In this document: positions 1-10,110 of the stretch, in pieces
Layout of the letters: each line of letters opens with the position of its first letter
Position numbering within the stretch: the stretch's first letter is position 1
Origin: a bacterium
Lineage (GTDB): Bacteria; Eisenbacteria; RBG-16-71-46
Assembly (NCBI GenBank): GCA_043779265.1
Contig: JAYWEM010000030.1
Coordinates: forward strand, 1 to 13,382
Length of the DNA: 13,382 nucleotides
Direction of reading: 5' to 3'
The notes under the pieces: generated by a model
Told to the model about the DNA's origin: nothing
Databases searched by the model: none
What the model saw: only the letters and a program-made list of their open reading frames with translations
Position numbers and translations under genes: made by a program

Positions 1-1497
<1,497 letters not shown>

Positions 1498-1517
1498 GGC
1501 GGGCTGCACGGCACGTG

Positions 1518-1549
1518 AAGCGCCGGATCCGAGACCGGGTCCGGCGCTT
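1518..1549. terminator. GC-rich hairpin between convergent ettA and chrA, probable bidirectional terminator
   Basis: AAGCGCCGGATCCG-agac-CGGGTCCGGCGCTT: 14-bp stem with one G-U pair, lying between the two stop codons. No long U tract. Confidence 0.6.
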
Positions 1550-1552
1550 GGC

Positions 1553-2716
1553 TCATCCCCTCAACACCACCGCACCCGCGATGCACAACGCGACCACGAG
1601 CAGCGTCGGGACTCGGCCCCTGAGGAGCAGGGCGAACGAGGCGCCCGCGATCGCGACATCCAAGGCGCCCCGGAGCGCGCTCGTGGCGACCGGGTCGATC
1701 CAGGCGGCGGCGAGCAGTCCGACGACAGCGGCGTGCACGCCCGCGATCGCTCGCGCCGCGTACCGGCGGCGCGAGATGGATCGCCACAGCGGCAGGACGC
1801 CGGCGAGCAGTAGGAAGCCCCGCAGCAGGATCGCGACCAGCGCAACCAGACCGCCCATCGCACCGCCGGTCGCGGGCATCCGCGCTCCGAGGAACATGGC
1901 GACCGAGAACATGGGACCCGGCACCGCCTGCGCCGCGCCGTAGCCGGCTAGGAAGGTCTCGCGATCGAGTGCGGCGGAAGCCACGACCACGTTCTCGAGC
2001 AGCGGCAGCACGACGTGGCCGCCGCCGAACACCAGTGCGCCGGCGCGATAGAAGCCGGCCGCCATCTCGCTCCAGGCCCCGAGCCGTTGGCCGACCACGA
2101 ACGAGAGCGTGAGGATCGCTGCGAACGAGATCATCAACGACACGCCCAGCCTCGCGCCATGCGGCAGTCGCAACTCCGCCGCCTCGGGAGCACGAGCCTC
2201 GCGGCACAGCGCGACGCCGGCGACTGCGCCTCCCGCGATGACGACGAGTTGCGCCCACGGCTCTCGCACGAGCAGGAGGAAGACGAGCGCTCCGATCGCC
2301 AACGCGATTCGCATGCCATCGCGACCGAGAGCGCGAGCCATCGAGACGACGCCGTGTGCCACGACGACGACCGCGACGAGGCCCAGACCGTGCACGATGT
2401 CGGGGCCGCGGCCCGAGGCGAGACTCGGAACGAAGTCGGCGAACAGGAGCAACAGCAGCGCCGAGGGGAGCGTGAAGGCGACGACGGCCACGAGTGCCCC
2501 GGGCCATCCAGCTCGGATCACGCCGATCCCGAACCCGAGTTGACTGCTCGCCGGGCCCGGCAGCAGCTGGCAGAGCGCGAGCAACTGCGCGAACCGGTTC
2601 TCGTTCAACCACTTACGACGCTCGACGAACTCGGTGCGGAAGTAGGTCAGGTGCGCGATCGGCCCGCCGAAGGAAGTGAGTCCCAGCCGCAGGAAGGCCA
2701 AGAACACGTCGCGCAT
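1553..2716 (-). CDS. chrA: Chromate efflux transporter, long-chain CHR family
   Basis: Two homologous halves with CHR motifs FLRLGLTSFGGPIAH...CQLLPGPASSQ and GALVFGGGHVVLPLL...GYGAAQAVPGPMFS; many hydrophobic helices. Start set at ATG 2716 (MRDVFLAF), preceded by AGGGGG. Confidence 0.9.
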   Translation of the reverse strand: MRDVFLAFLRLGLTSFGGPIAHLTYFRTEFVERRKWLNENRFAQLLALCQLLPGPASSQLGFGIGVIRAGWPGALVAVVAFTLPSALLLLLFADFVPSLASGRGPDIVHGLGLVAVVVVAHGVVSMARALGRDGMRIALAIGALVFLLLVREPWAQLVVIAGGAVAGVALCREARAPEAAELRLPHGARLGVSLMISFAAILTLSFVVGQRLGAWSEMAAGFYRAGALVFGGGHVVLPLLENVVVASAALDRETFLAGYGAAQAVPGPMFSVAMFLGARMPATGGAMGGLVALVAILLRGFLLLAGVLPLWRSISRRRYAARAIAGVHAAVVGLLAAAWIDPVATSALRGALDVAIAGASFALLLRGRVPTLLVVALCIAGAVVLRG

Positions 2717-2814
2717 GCGAAGAGCCCCCTGGTCCGCAGCCCGGCGCCTCGCCTCGGCGCCACGGCCGCAGTATCGCATGGCGGCCTTGCGTGCCGCGGG
2801 GCGGGCCCACGGCC

Positions 2815-2844
2815 TTCAGGCCCGCGCGATCCGCCCGATACTCC
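2815..2844 (+). promoter_or_regulatory. Possible sigma28 (FliA)-type promoter for the orphan HDOD gene
   Basis: TTCAGG-N13-CCCGATACTCC, resembling TCAAG-N14-GCCGATAA but with a spacer 1 nt short. Shares CCGA(G/T)ACTCC with the site at 6312-6321. Confidence 0.35.
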
Positions 2845-2939
2845 GAGCCGTAGCCTCGATGGACTCCTCGGCCCACCTTGGCCGCGGCGCTGGGATCCAC
2901 CCGCTCTCCTCACGGACGGCAGAACGGCAGGAGTGCCCC

Positions 2940-4112
2940 ATGGTTCGCGTGCTGTGTGTGCATCCGGATGCGTCAGCCCAGGAGCGGCTGCGCCGTGTCC
3001 TGCTCGAACATCGCCGCGCTTGGCTCGTCGTGAGCGCCCACAGTTCCGAGGAGGCGCTCGCCTTGATGGCCGAAGCGGCTCCCGATGTCGTGCTGACGGT
3101 GTCGAACGCTGCCTACGATGGCGTCGAGTTGCTGAGCCAGGTGCGAGACGAGTCGCCGCAGATCGTGCGCGTGCTGCTGACCGATGGACGGCTCCAGGAC
3201 GGCACGATCCGATCGCTCAAGATCGCCCATCGCGTCCTGCCCGAAGGCGCGGAGCCCTCGCTGCTCGTCGAGACCATCGCGCGCACGCTCACCATGTCGC
3301 AGCTCGTCACGCAGCCCGAGATGCGGCAGTTGCTCGGCCGCGTCGGTCATCTGCCCGTCGCCCCGCGCGTGTTCTCCGAGCTGTCGGTCCGGCTCGAAGA
3401 TCAGTCCAGCTCGGTCGATCAGCTGGCGGAGATCGTCAGCGAGGATGCCGGGCTCGCGGCGCAGGTCCTGCGGCTCGCGAACAGCGCCTACTTCGGTCGC
3501 GACCAGAACGTCACGTCATTGAGCGTCGCCGCCGCGCGTCTCGGCACGCGCCTGCTTCGAAGCATCGTGCTGGCCGCCGAGGTGTTCGATCGCTTCCACA
3601 CCGGCGACTCCCCCCTCTCGCTCGAAGCCGAGCAGAAGCACGCATCCCTCGTTGCCCGCATTGCCGCGAGCCTCGAGCCACGCGCGCCTTGGAAGGACGA
3701 CGCGTTCACCGCCGGACTCCTGCATGACGTGGGCAAGCTCGTGTTGGCGACGCGCACGCCGGAACTCTACGCCCCGGTCGTGATGCAGGCGACGGAGGAG
3801 CGGAGGTCCCTGCATGAGGTCGAGCGCGAGACGTTCGGCGTCGATCACGGCGCGCTCGGTGCCTGCCTGCTCGGCACGTGGGGTCTGCCGGCGTCGATCC
3901 TCGAGGCGGTGCATCGGCATCACCTCGAGGTGCTGAGCGGTCCGATCACGCTCGACGTGGTGCAGGCCGTTGCGTTGGCGAACCGCTTGGCGCATCAGGT
4001 CGCGCATCCCGAGGACACGGCGATCGCCTCGCTGTCGCCGGTCGCCGATCCGCGTTGGGAGTGGTGGTGCGACCTGGCGCAGCAGCTCGCCGACGAGTGC
4101 GCAGCGGTCTGA
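2940..4112 (+). CDS. HDOD-domain protein with degenerate (pseudo-)receiver domain
   Basis: ATG 2940 after CAGGAG. HDOD motifs LPVAPRVF, EDAGLAAQVLRLANSAYFG, AFTAGLLHDVGKLVL, DHGALGACLLGTWGLP. The N-terminal region follows a REC-like pattern but lacks the acidic pair, phosphoacceptor Asp and Lys. Confidence 0.85.
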   Translation: MVRVLCVHPDASAQERLRRVLLEHRRAWLVVSAHSSEEALALMAEAAPDVVLTVSNAAYDGVELLSQVRDESPQIVRVLLTDGRLQDGTIRSLKIAHRVLPEGAEPSLLVETIARTLTMSQLVTQPEMRQLLGRVGHLPVAPRVFSELSVRLEDQSSSVDQLAEIVSEDAGLAAQVLRLANSAYFGRDQNVTSLSVAAARLGTRLLRSIVLAAEVFDRFHTGDSPLSLEAEQKHASLVARIAASLEPRAPWKDDAFTAGLLHDVGKLVLATRTPELYAPVVMQATEERRSLHEVERETFGVDHGALGACLLGTWGLPASILEAVHRHHLEVLSGPITLDVVQAVALANRLAHQVAHPEDTAIASLSPVADPRWEWWCDLAQQLADECAAV

Positions 4113-4150
4113 GCCGAGGCTCCGCCCGGCACGCACGCAGCGGGAATTGG

Positions 4151-4187
4151 CAGCGGCGGCCGACCCCCGAAGGATCGGCCGCCGCTG
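4151..4187. terminator. Strong hairpin between the convergent HDOD and beta-barrel genes
   Basis: Perfect 13-bp stem CAGCGGCGGCCGA/TCGGCCGCCGCTG. On the minus strand the loop reads UCC-UUCG-GGGG, a C(UUCG)G tetraloop, favouring a role in the minus-strand OMP transcript. Confidence 0.7.
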
Positions 4188-4213
4188 GACTGCAGAACTG
4201 CGCGTGACGCGTG

Positions 4214-4801
4214 TCAGTTGCCTCCGAAATTCAGCACGCCGCCAACCGTGAACAGGTTGGCCGACTCGCCCTCGCTCGAGATCGAGTGGTAGAGCAGCTC
4301 GACGCCCATCGCCATCTTGTCGCCCAGCTTCTTCATGCCACCGATGCCGAGGTTGTAGCCGAAATCGGACGACGACTCCTCGGAGTCGCCCGACGTGGCC
4401 GTCTCGATCTTGAACTTCGTGTTGTAGATGCCGAGGCCGACGCGAGCGTACGGGATGAAGTCGCCGCCCTTGCTGAACAGGAACTTGGCGTGCGGCGTGA
4501 CCTGGATGGCCGACCAGCTGACATCGACGCTCTCGCCCGCGAGGACGGCCAGGGCCTCCTCGTAGTCGTTGTTGACGCCGAAGCTGTGGAAGTTGATATC
4601 GCCACCGATCCCGAACTGGTCGTTGATCATCATCGTGCCGGTCACGCCACCGAAGTAGCCGAGGCTCGCGATGTCGCCGAAGTCGCCGGTCGGCAGGTTG
4701 ACGCCGACATTGATACCGAACGAAGTCGAGCCCGCGGCATGCGAGGGCGAGGCGGCGAGGGCCAATGCGAAGGCTGCGGCTGCAAGGGTCTTGAACTTCA
4801 T
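4214..4801 (-). CDS. Outer-membrane beta-barrel protein (OmpA-like 8-stranded TM domain) with signal peptide
   Basis: ATG 4801 with GGAGG 7 nt upstream. Sec signal [22 protein letters not shown]; alternating amphipathic strands ([29 protein letters not shown]); terminal strand FTVGGVLNF. Confidence 0.85.
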   Translation of the reverse strand: MKFKTLAAAAFALALAASPSHAAGSTSFGINVGVNLPTGDFGDIASLGYFGGVTGTMMINDQFGIGGDINFHSFGVNNDYEEALAVLAGESVDVSWSAIQVTPHAKFLFSKGGDFIPYARVGLGIYNTKFKIETATSGDSEESSSDFGYNLGIGGMKKLGDKMAMGVELLYHSISSEGESANLFTVGGVLNFGGN

Positions 4802-4948
4802 GAGGAACCTCCATGTGTGAGTGGAAACACCGCGCGGGGGACGCCCGCTGCGGTGCGCGTCGAGCGAGGGGTACTCCCCTCGCCTCGAGGCCGGGTCCAG
4901 CGCCCTCTCGGGGCGGCGGACCAGGCTCATTCGAGCGGATGGCGGAGC

Positions 4949-4977
4949 AAGGTTCCCGCTGTCGCGCTCGCTGTCAA
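4949..4977 (-). promoter_or_regulatory. sigma70-type promoter for the beta-barrel gene
   Basis: Minus strand reads TTGACA (4977-4972)-N17-AACCTT (4954-4949). Perfect -35; the -10 keeps only the conserved A2 and T6. Confidence 0.5.
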
Positions 4978-4997
4978 GCAGAGCGGCCTGAGAAGAA

Positions 4998-5027
4998 TTG
5001 ACCCGCTGTGGCGAGGGCTCCTACGCT
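4998..5027 (+). promoter_or_regulatory. sigma70-type promoter for ispG (probably leaderless)
   Basis: TTGACC (4998-5003)-N18-TACGCT (5022-5027), with the ATG 8 nt further on and no Shine-Dalgarno. Confidence 0.55.
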
Positions 5028-5035
5028 GGCCGCCC

Positions 5036-6286
<1,251 letters not shown>

Positions 6287-6290
6287 GCCT

Positions 6291-6321
6291 CTCAAGTCGG
6301 GGCTCCTGAGGCCGAGACTCC
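6291..6321 (+). promoter_or_regulatory. Probable sigma28 (FliA)-type promoter for the signalling operon
   Basis: TCAA (6292-6295)-N15-GCCGAGAC (6311-6318) versus consensus TAAA-N15-GCCGATAA; about 60 nt before the GTG start. Confidence 0.5.
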
Positions 6322-6381
6322 AAAAGAAGGACCGGGTGCCCCTGCCCCCCGTGTCCTGGATCGCACCCTCGAGGTATCTCC

Positions 6382-7524
6382 GTGCGCATCATGTTCGTGG
6401 ACGATGAGTCCCGCGTTCTGGATGGGCTCCGTCGCATGCTGTTCAAACAGCGTGGGGTCTGGACCATGAGTTTCGTGACCTCCGGTGCGGAGGCGCTCGA
6501 AGCCATGGCGCAGGAGCCCTTCGATCTGATCGTCACCGATATGCGCATGCCCCAGATGGATGGGGCGACGCTGCTCGAACGCGTGCGCGAGGCCCATCCG
6601 CGAACGGTGCGACTGGTCCTCTCGGGCCATGCCGACATCGATCAGGCGATGCGCGTGATGACCGTGGCGCACCAGTACCTCGCCAAACCGTGCGAAGGGC
6701 CGACGCTGATCGCAACGATCGAGCAGGCGATGATCGTGCGCCGGCTGCTCGAGACCGATGAACTGCGCGAGTTGGTCATTCGCATCGGCAACCTGCCGCC
6801 GGCGCCCAGCACCTACACACGGATGATGAAGCTCATGTCGGACGACAACACCGGCATCGACGACTACGCCGCGTTGCTCGAAGAGGATCCGGGGCTCACA
6901 GCGAAGTTGTTGCAAGTGGCGAACTCCGCCTACTTCTCGAGCGAGGGACGCGTCAGCGAGGCCGGTGCCGCGGCATCACGCATCGGTCTCAATGCGCTCC
7001 GCTCTCTGACACTGTTCATCGAGGCCCCCGGACAGTTCGGAACATCCACGCCCGCGGTCGAGGCGATCGGACGCGAGGTCGCCGAGCGCGGTCAGCGGGC
7101 TGCCACGCTCGCGCGTCGATTCTGCGAAGTCGCCTCCGGTCGCGAAGCCGCGACCACCGCGGCGCTCCTTCATGAACTCGGCCGACTGGCACTCGCGGCG
7201 AAACTCGAGACGGAATACGCCCACGTGCTGACCAGCCTCACCAAGACCCACAGGCCGCTGCAGGAGGTCGAGCAGGAAGTGCTGGGGGCGGACCACGCCG
7301 CAGTCGGCGCCTACCTGTTCGCGCTCTGGCAACTTCCCTCGGAAGTCGTCGAGGCGATCGCCCGCCATCACGAGCAGGAGTCGCTGCCGACGCCGCTTGA
7401 CGCAGCGGGCGCAGTCCGACTCGCCGCCGCCATGATCACCGGCGTGATCCCCGAGGACTGGCGCCAGGACCCGCGCTGGGACACGTGGCAGTCCCACGGA
7501 GACGAGATGGAGAAGGCCGCATGA
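6382..7524 (+). CDS. Response regulator, REC + HDOD
   Basis: GTG start after GAGGT. Intact receiver (FVDDE, VTDMRMPQMDG, LSG, LAKP) and HDOD (LPPAP, EDPGLTAKLLQVANSAYF, LLHELGRL, DHAAVGAYLFALWQLP). Confidence 0.9.
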   Translation: MRIMFVDDESRVLDGLRRMLFKQRGVWTMSFVTSGAEALEAMAQEPFDLIVTDMRMPQMDGATLLERVREAHPRTVRLVLSGHADIDQAMRVMTVAHQYLAKPCEGPTLIATIEQAMIVRRLLETDELRELVIRIGNLPPAPSTYTRMMKLMSDDNTGIDDYAALLEEDPGLTAKLLQVANSAYFSSEGRVSEAGAAASRIGLNALRSLTLFIEAPGQFGTSTPAVEAIGREVAERGQRAATLARRFCEVASGREAATTAALLHELGRLALAAKLETEYAHVLTSLTKTHRPLQEVEQEVLGADHAAVGAYLFALWQLPSEVVEAIARHHEQESLPTPLDAAGAVRLAAAMITGVIPEDWRQDPRWDTWQSHGDEMEKAA

Positions 7525-7616
7525 GTTCGATCGCCACGCACGCGAAACGTCGGAACCCCGCGAACCCGAGCACCGACCCGTCACCTTTCGTCTGACCCTT
7601 CACGAGGAGAGAGCGC

Positions 7617-8744
7617 ATGCGAGTCCATCAGCATCTCTGGCTGCAAGGCCAGCCCATGCTCCAATCTCCAGCCGAGTCCGCACAGCTCCTGCTGGTGTTC
7701 GCTGACGCAGCGCGACTGCGAGATCCCGCGCTGTCGCAAGCGCTCGAGAACGGTTGGCCCGGAGTGCCCTCGATCGGGTGCTCCACGGCAGGCGAGATCC
7801 ATGACACTCGGGTTCACGAGGGATCCGTCAGCATCACCGCGATCTCGTTCGATCGGACGCCGTTCCGCATCGCGGTCGAAGAGGTTCGTGAGCGAGGCGA
7901 CAGCCGAGCAGTCGGGCGCGTGATTGCCGAGCGTCTTGCCGCTCCGGACCTGGCCGGGATCTTCGTGCTCTCGGATGGACTCATCGTGAACGGGAGCGAA
8001 CTCGTGCTGGGCCTCAGCTCGGCGCTGCCGGTTGGGCTCCCGCTGACTGGCGGACTCTCGGGCGATGGCGCACGATTCCAGCAGACACTCCTCCTCGCCG
8101 AGGGGGAGGTGCGCGGCGGCCGTGTGGCAGCCGTCGGATTCTATGGTGACCACATCCGAATCGGATGCGGTTCGCGAGGAGGCTGGGACCTGTTCGGTCC
8201 GACGCGGGTCATCACCCGGTCGGAAGGCAGCATCCTGCACGAGTTGGATGGCGAAGCGGCGCTGGATGCCTACAGGCGCTACCTGGGACACCACGCGGCG
8301 GACCTACCCGCGAGCGCGCTGCGATTCCCGCTATCCCTCGATATCCCCGGGCACAGTCAGGGCATCGTCCGCACCGTGCTCGGAGTGGACGCCTCCACCG
8401 GCTCGATGACGTTCGCCGGGGACATGCCCGTTGGCGCCCGAGCGCGGTTCATGCACGCGAACTTCGAGCGGCTGATCGACGGAGCTCAGGCCGCGGCCGG
8501 CGTGTGCGGACCGTCGATCCGTGAGCCAGCGGAACTCGCCATCCTGATCAGCTGTGTCGGCCGGAAACTCGTTCTGGGTCAGCGGACCGAAGAGGAGGTC
8601 GAGGGTGTTCGAGATGTTCTCGGCCCCACGACTCCGATCTCGGGATTCTACTCGTACGGTGAGATCTCGCCCTTCACGCCCGGCGCAGCCTGCGAGTTGC
8701 ACAACCAGACGATGACGATCACCACGTTCGCCGAGGCGGCCTGA
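7617..8744 (+). CDS. FIST N/C-domain sensory protein (NosP-like)
   Basis: RBS AGGAGA. FIST motifs IGCSTAGEI, SDGLIVNGSEL, GGLSGDG, ELDGEAALDAY, ISCVGRKLVLGQRTEEE, GFYSYGEISP, LHNQTMTITTF. Confidence 0.92.
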   Translation: MRVHQHLWLQGQPMLQSPAESAQLLLVFADAARLRDPALSQALENGWPGVPSIGCSTAGEIHDTRVHEGSVSITAISFDRTPFRIAVEEVRERGDSRAVGRVIAERLAAPDLAGIFVLSDGLIVNGSELVLGLSSALPVGLPLTGGLSGDGARFQQTLLLAEGEVRGGRVAAVGFYGDHIRIGCGSRGGWDLFGPTRVITRSEGSILHELDGEAALDAYRRYLGHHAADLPASALRFPLSLDIPGHSQGIVRTVLGVDASTGSMTFAGDMPVGARARFMHANFERLIDGAQAAAGVCGPSIREPAELAILISCVGRKLVLGQRTEEEVEGVRDVLGPTTPISGFYSYGEISPFTPGAACELHNQTMTITTFAEAA

Positions 8745-8745
8745 A

Positions 8746-10110
8746 ATGCACCGGCTTCTCGAACGACAGGCACAGCGGGCCTTCGGGGCGGCGGACCGGA
8801 TTCCTGAGGGTCTGGCTCCCTTCTTGGCTCTCATCTCAGCCGCCTATGACGACGCGGACCGTGACCGGGAGCTTGTGGAACACACGCTCGAGACCATGTC
8901 CCAGGAACTGTGTGCACGAAATGAGCGCCTCGCGAGTGAGCTTGTCGAACGAAAGGGCCTTGAGGCGGAACTCCGCCGACAGGCGCTGGTTCTCGGCGCA
9001 CTCAGTGAGGGGGTTCTGATGACCACGGGGACGGGTCGCATCCTGGATGCGAATCCGGCCGCCGAGCGCACACTCGGATTGAGCCGCGATCGGCTCCTCG
9101 CTTCCGGCCTGGATGAAGTCCTGAGAGGGCTCTCCGGCTCGCTCGACCTCCGTTCCATCTCCAGCACGCTTGCACGCGACGGTCGGTGGCACGGGGATCT
9201 CCGAGGACCGATGACCGACGGAACCGAAGGCGTGTTCGAGACGGTGATCGTCCCCGTTGAGGGGGCCCGCGCGGGGACCTGCTGGGCGGCCGTGCTGCGA
9301 GACGTCACGTCCCGACTCCTGCTCGAACAGCAATTGTTCCAGGCGCAGAAGCTCGAGGCGATCGGCAGCCTCGCGGCTGGCGTCGCGCATGAGATCAACA
9401 CGCCATCGCAGTATGTCGCCGACAATCTCACGTTCCTCCAGGATGCCTTCTCGACGTGGGCGGCGAGTGATGCCACGCCCGAGGGCATCGAAACGCGTGC
9501 CCAGTTGATGGAGGAGATCCCGAGCGCCATCGAGCATGCCCTCGAGGGCATGCACCACATCGCCAAGATCGTCCGGAGCATCAAGCGCTTCGCCCACCCG
9601 GGAGGCGGGAGCCGAGCGCCGATCGACTTGAACGGCGAGATCGAGAGCGCGGTCACCGTCTCACGCAACGAGTGGAAGTACTCCTCCGAGGTCGAACTCG
9701 ATCTCGCCGAGGACCTGCCCGACGTGGCCTGCTATCCGGGCGAGATCGGCCAGGTCGTGCTCAACATCCTCATCAATGCCGCGCACGCCATCGTGCAAGG
9801 CCGAGGGGATGAGTCGGTCACGGGCCACATCAGGATCTCGACTCGCCGACACGGAGACGACGTGATCGTCTCGATCGCGGACGACGGCTCAGGAATCCCC
9901 GAGTCCGTCCAAGCCCGCGTCTTCGACCCGTTCTTCACGACCAAGCCCGTCGGGAAGGGCACGGGGCAGGGGCTGGCCATCTGCCACCGCCTCGTCGTCG
10001 AGAAGCATGGCGGCGGCCTCACGTTCGAGACCCGCGAGGGGCTCGGAACCACCTTCTTCATCCGGCTTCCGATCGAGGCGCCTCTCGAGGGAGACGCGCT
10101 CGCGGCCTGA
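8746..10110 (+). CDS. Soluble PAS-domain sensor histidine kinase
   Basis: PAS (GRILDANPAAER...VLRDVT); H-box QAQKLEAIGSLAAGVAHEINTP; N-box NILINAAHA; G1 DDGSGIP; F-box FDPFFTTK; G2 GKGTGQGL. No TM helix. Starts 1 nt after the FIST stop. Confidence 0.93.
   Translation: MHRLLERQAQRAFGAADRIPEGLAPFLALISAAYDDADRDRELVEHTLETMSQELCARNERLASELVERKGLEAELRRQALVLGALSEGVLMTTGTGRILDANPAAERTLGLSRDRLLASGLDEVLRGLSGSLDLRSISSTLARDGRWHGDLRGPMTDGTEGVFETVIVPVEGARAGTCWAAVLRDVTSRLLLEQQLFQAQKLEAIGSLAAGVAHEINTPSQYVADNLTFLQDAFSTWAASDATPEGIETRAQLMEEIPSAIEHALEGMHHIAKIVRSIKRFAHPGGGSRAPIDLNGEIESAVTVSRNEWKYSSEVELDLAEDLPDVACYPGEIGQVVLNILINAAHAIVQGRGDESVTGHIRISTRRHGDDVIVSIADDGSGIPESVQARVFDPFFTTKPVGKGTGQGLAICHRLVVEKHGGGLTFETREGLGTTFFIRLPIEAPLEGDALAA

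Noticed and set aside
2676..2939. 88-aa extension of the orphan HDOD ORF
   Set aside because: It overlaps the chrA start and divergent intergenic region, is Arg/Ala-rich, and a good RBS precedes ATG 2940.
4211..5035. 275-aa N-terminal extension making IspG a 691-aa fusion
   Set aside because: The extension is the antisense of the beta-barrel gene plus intergenic DNA; IspG-like sequence and a promoter point to ATG 5036.
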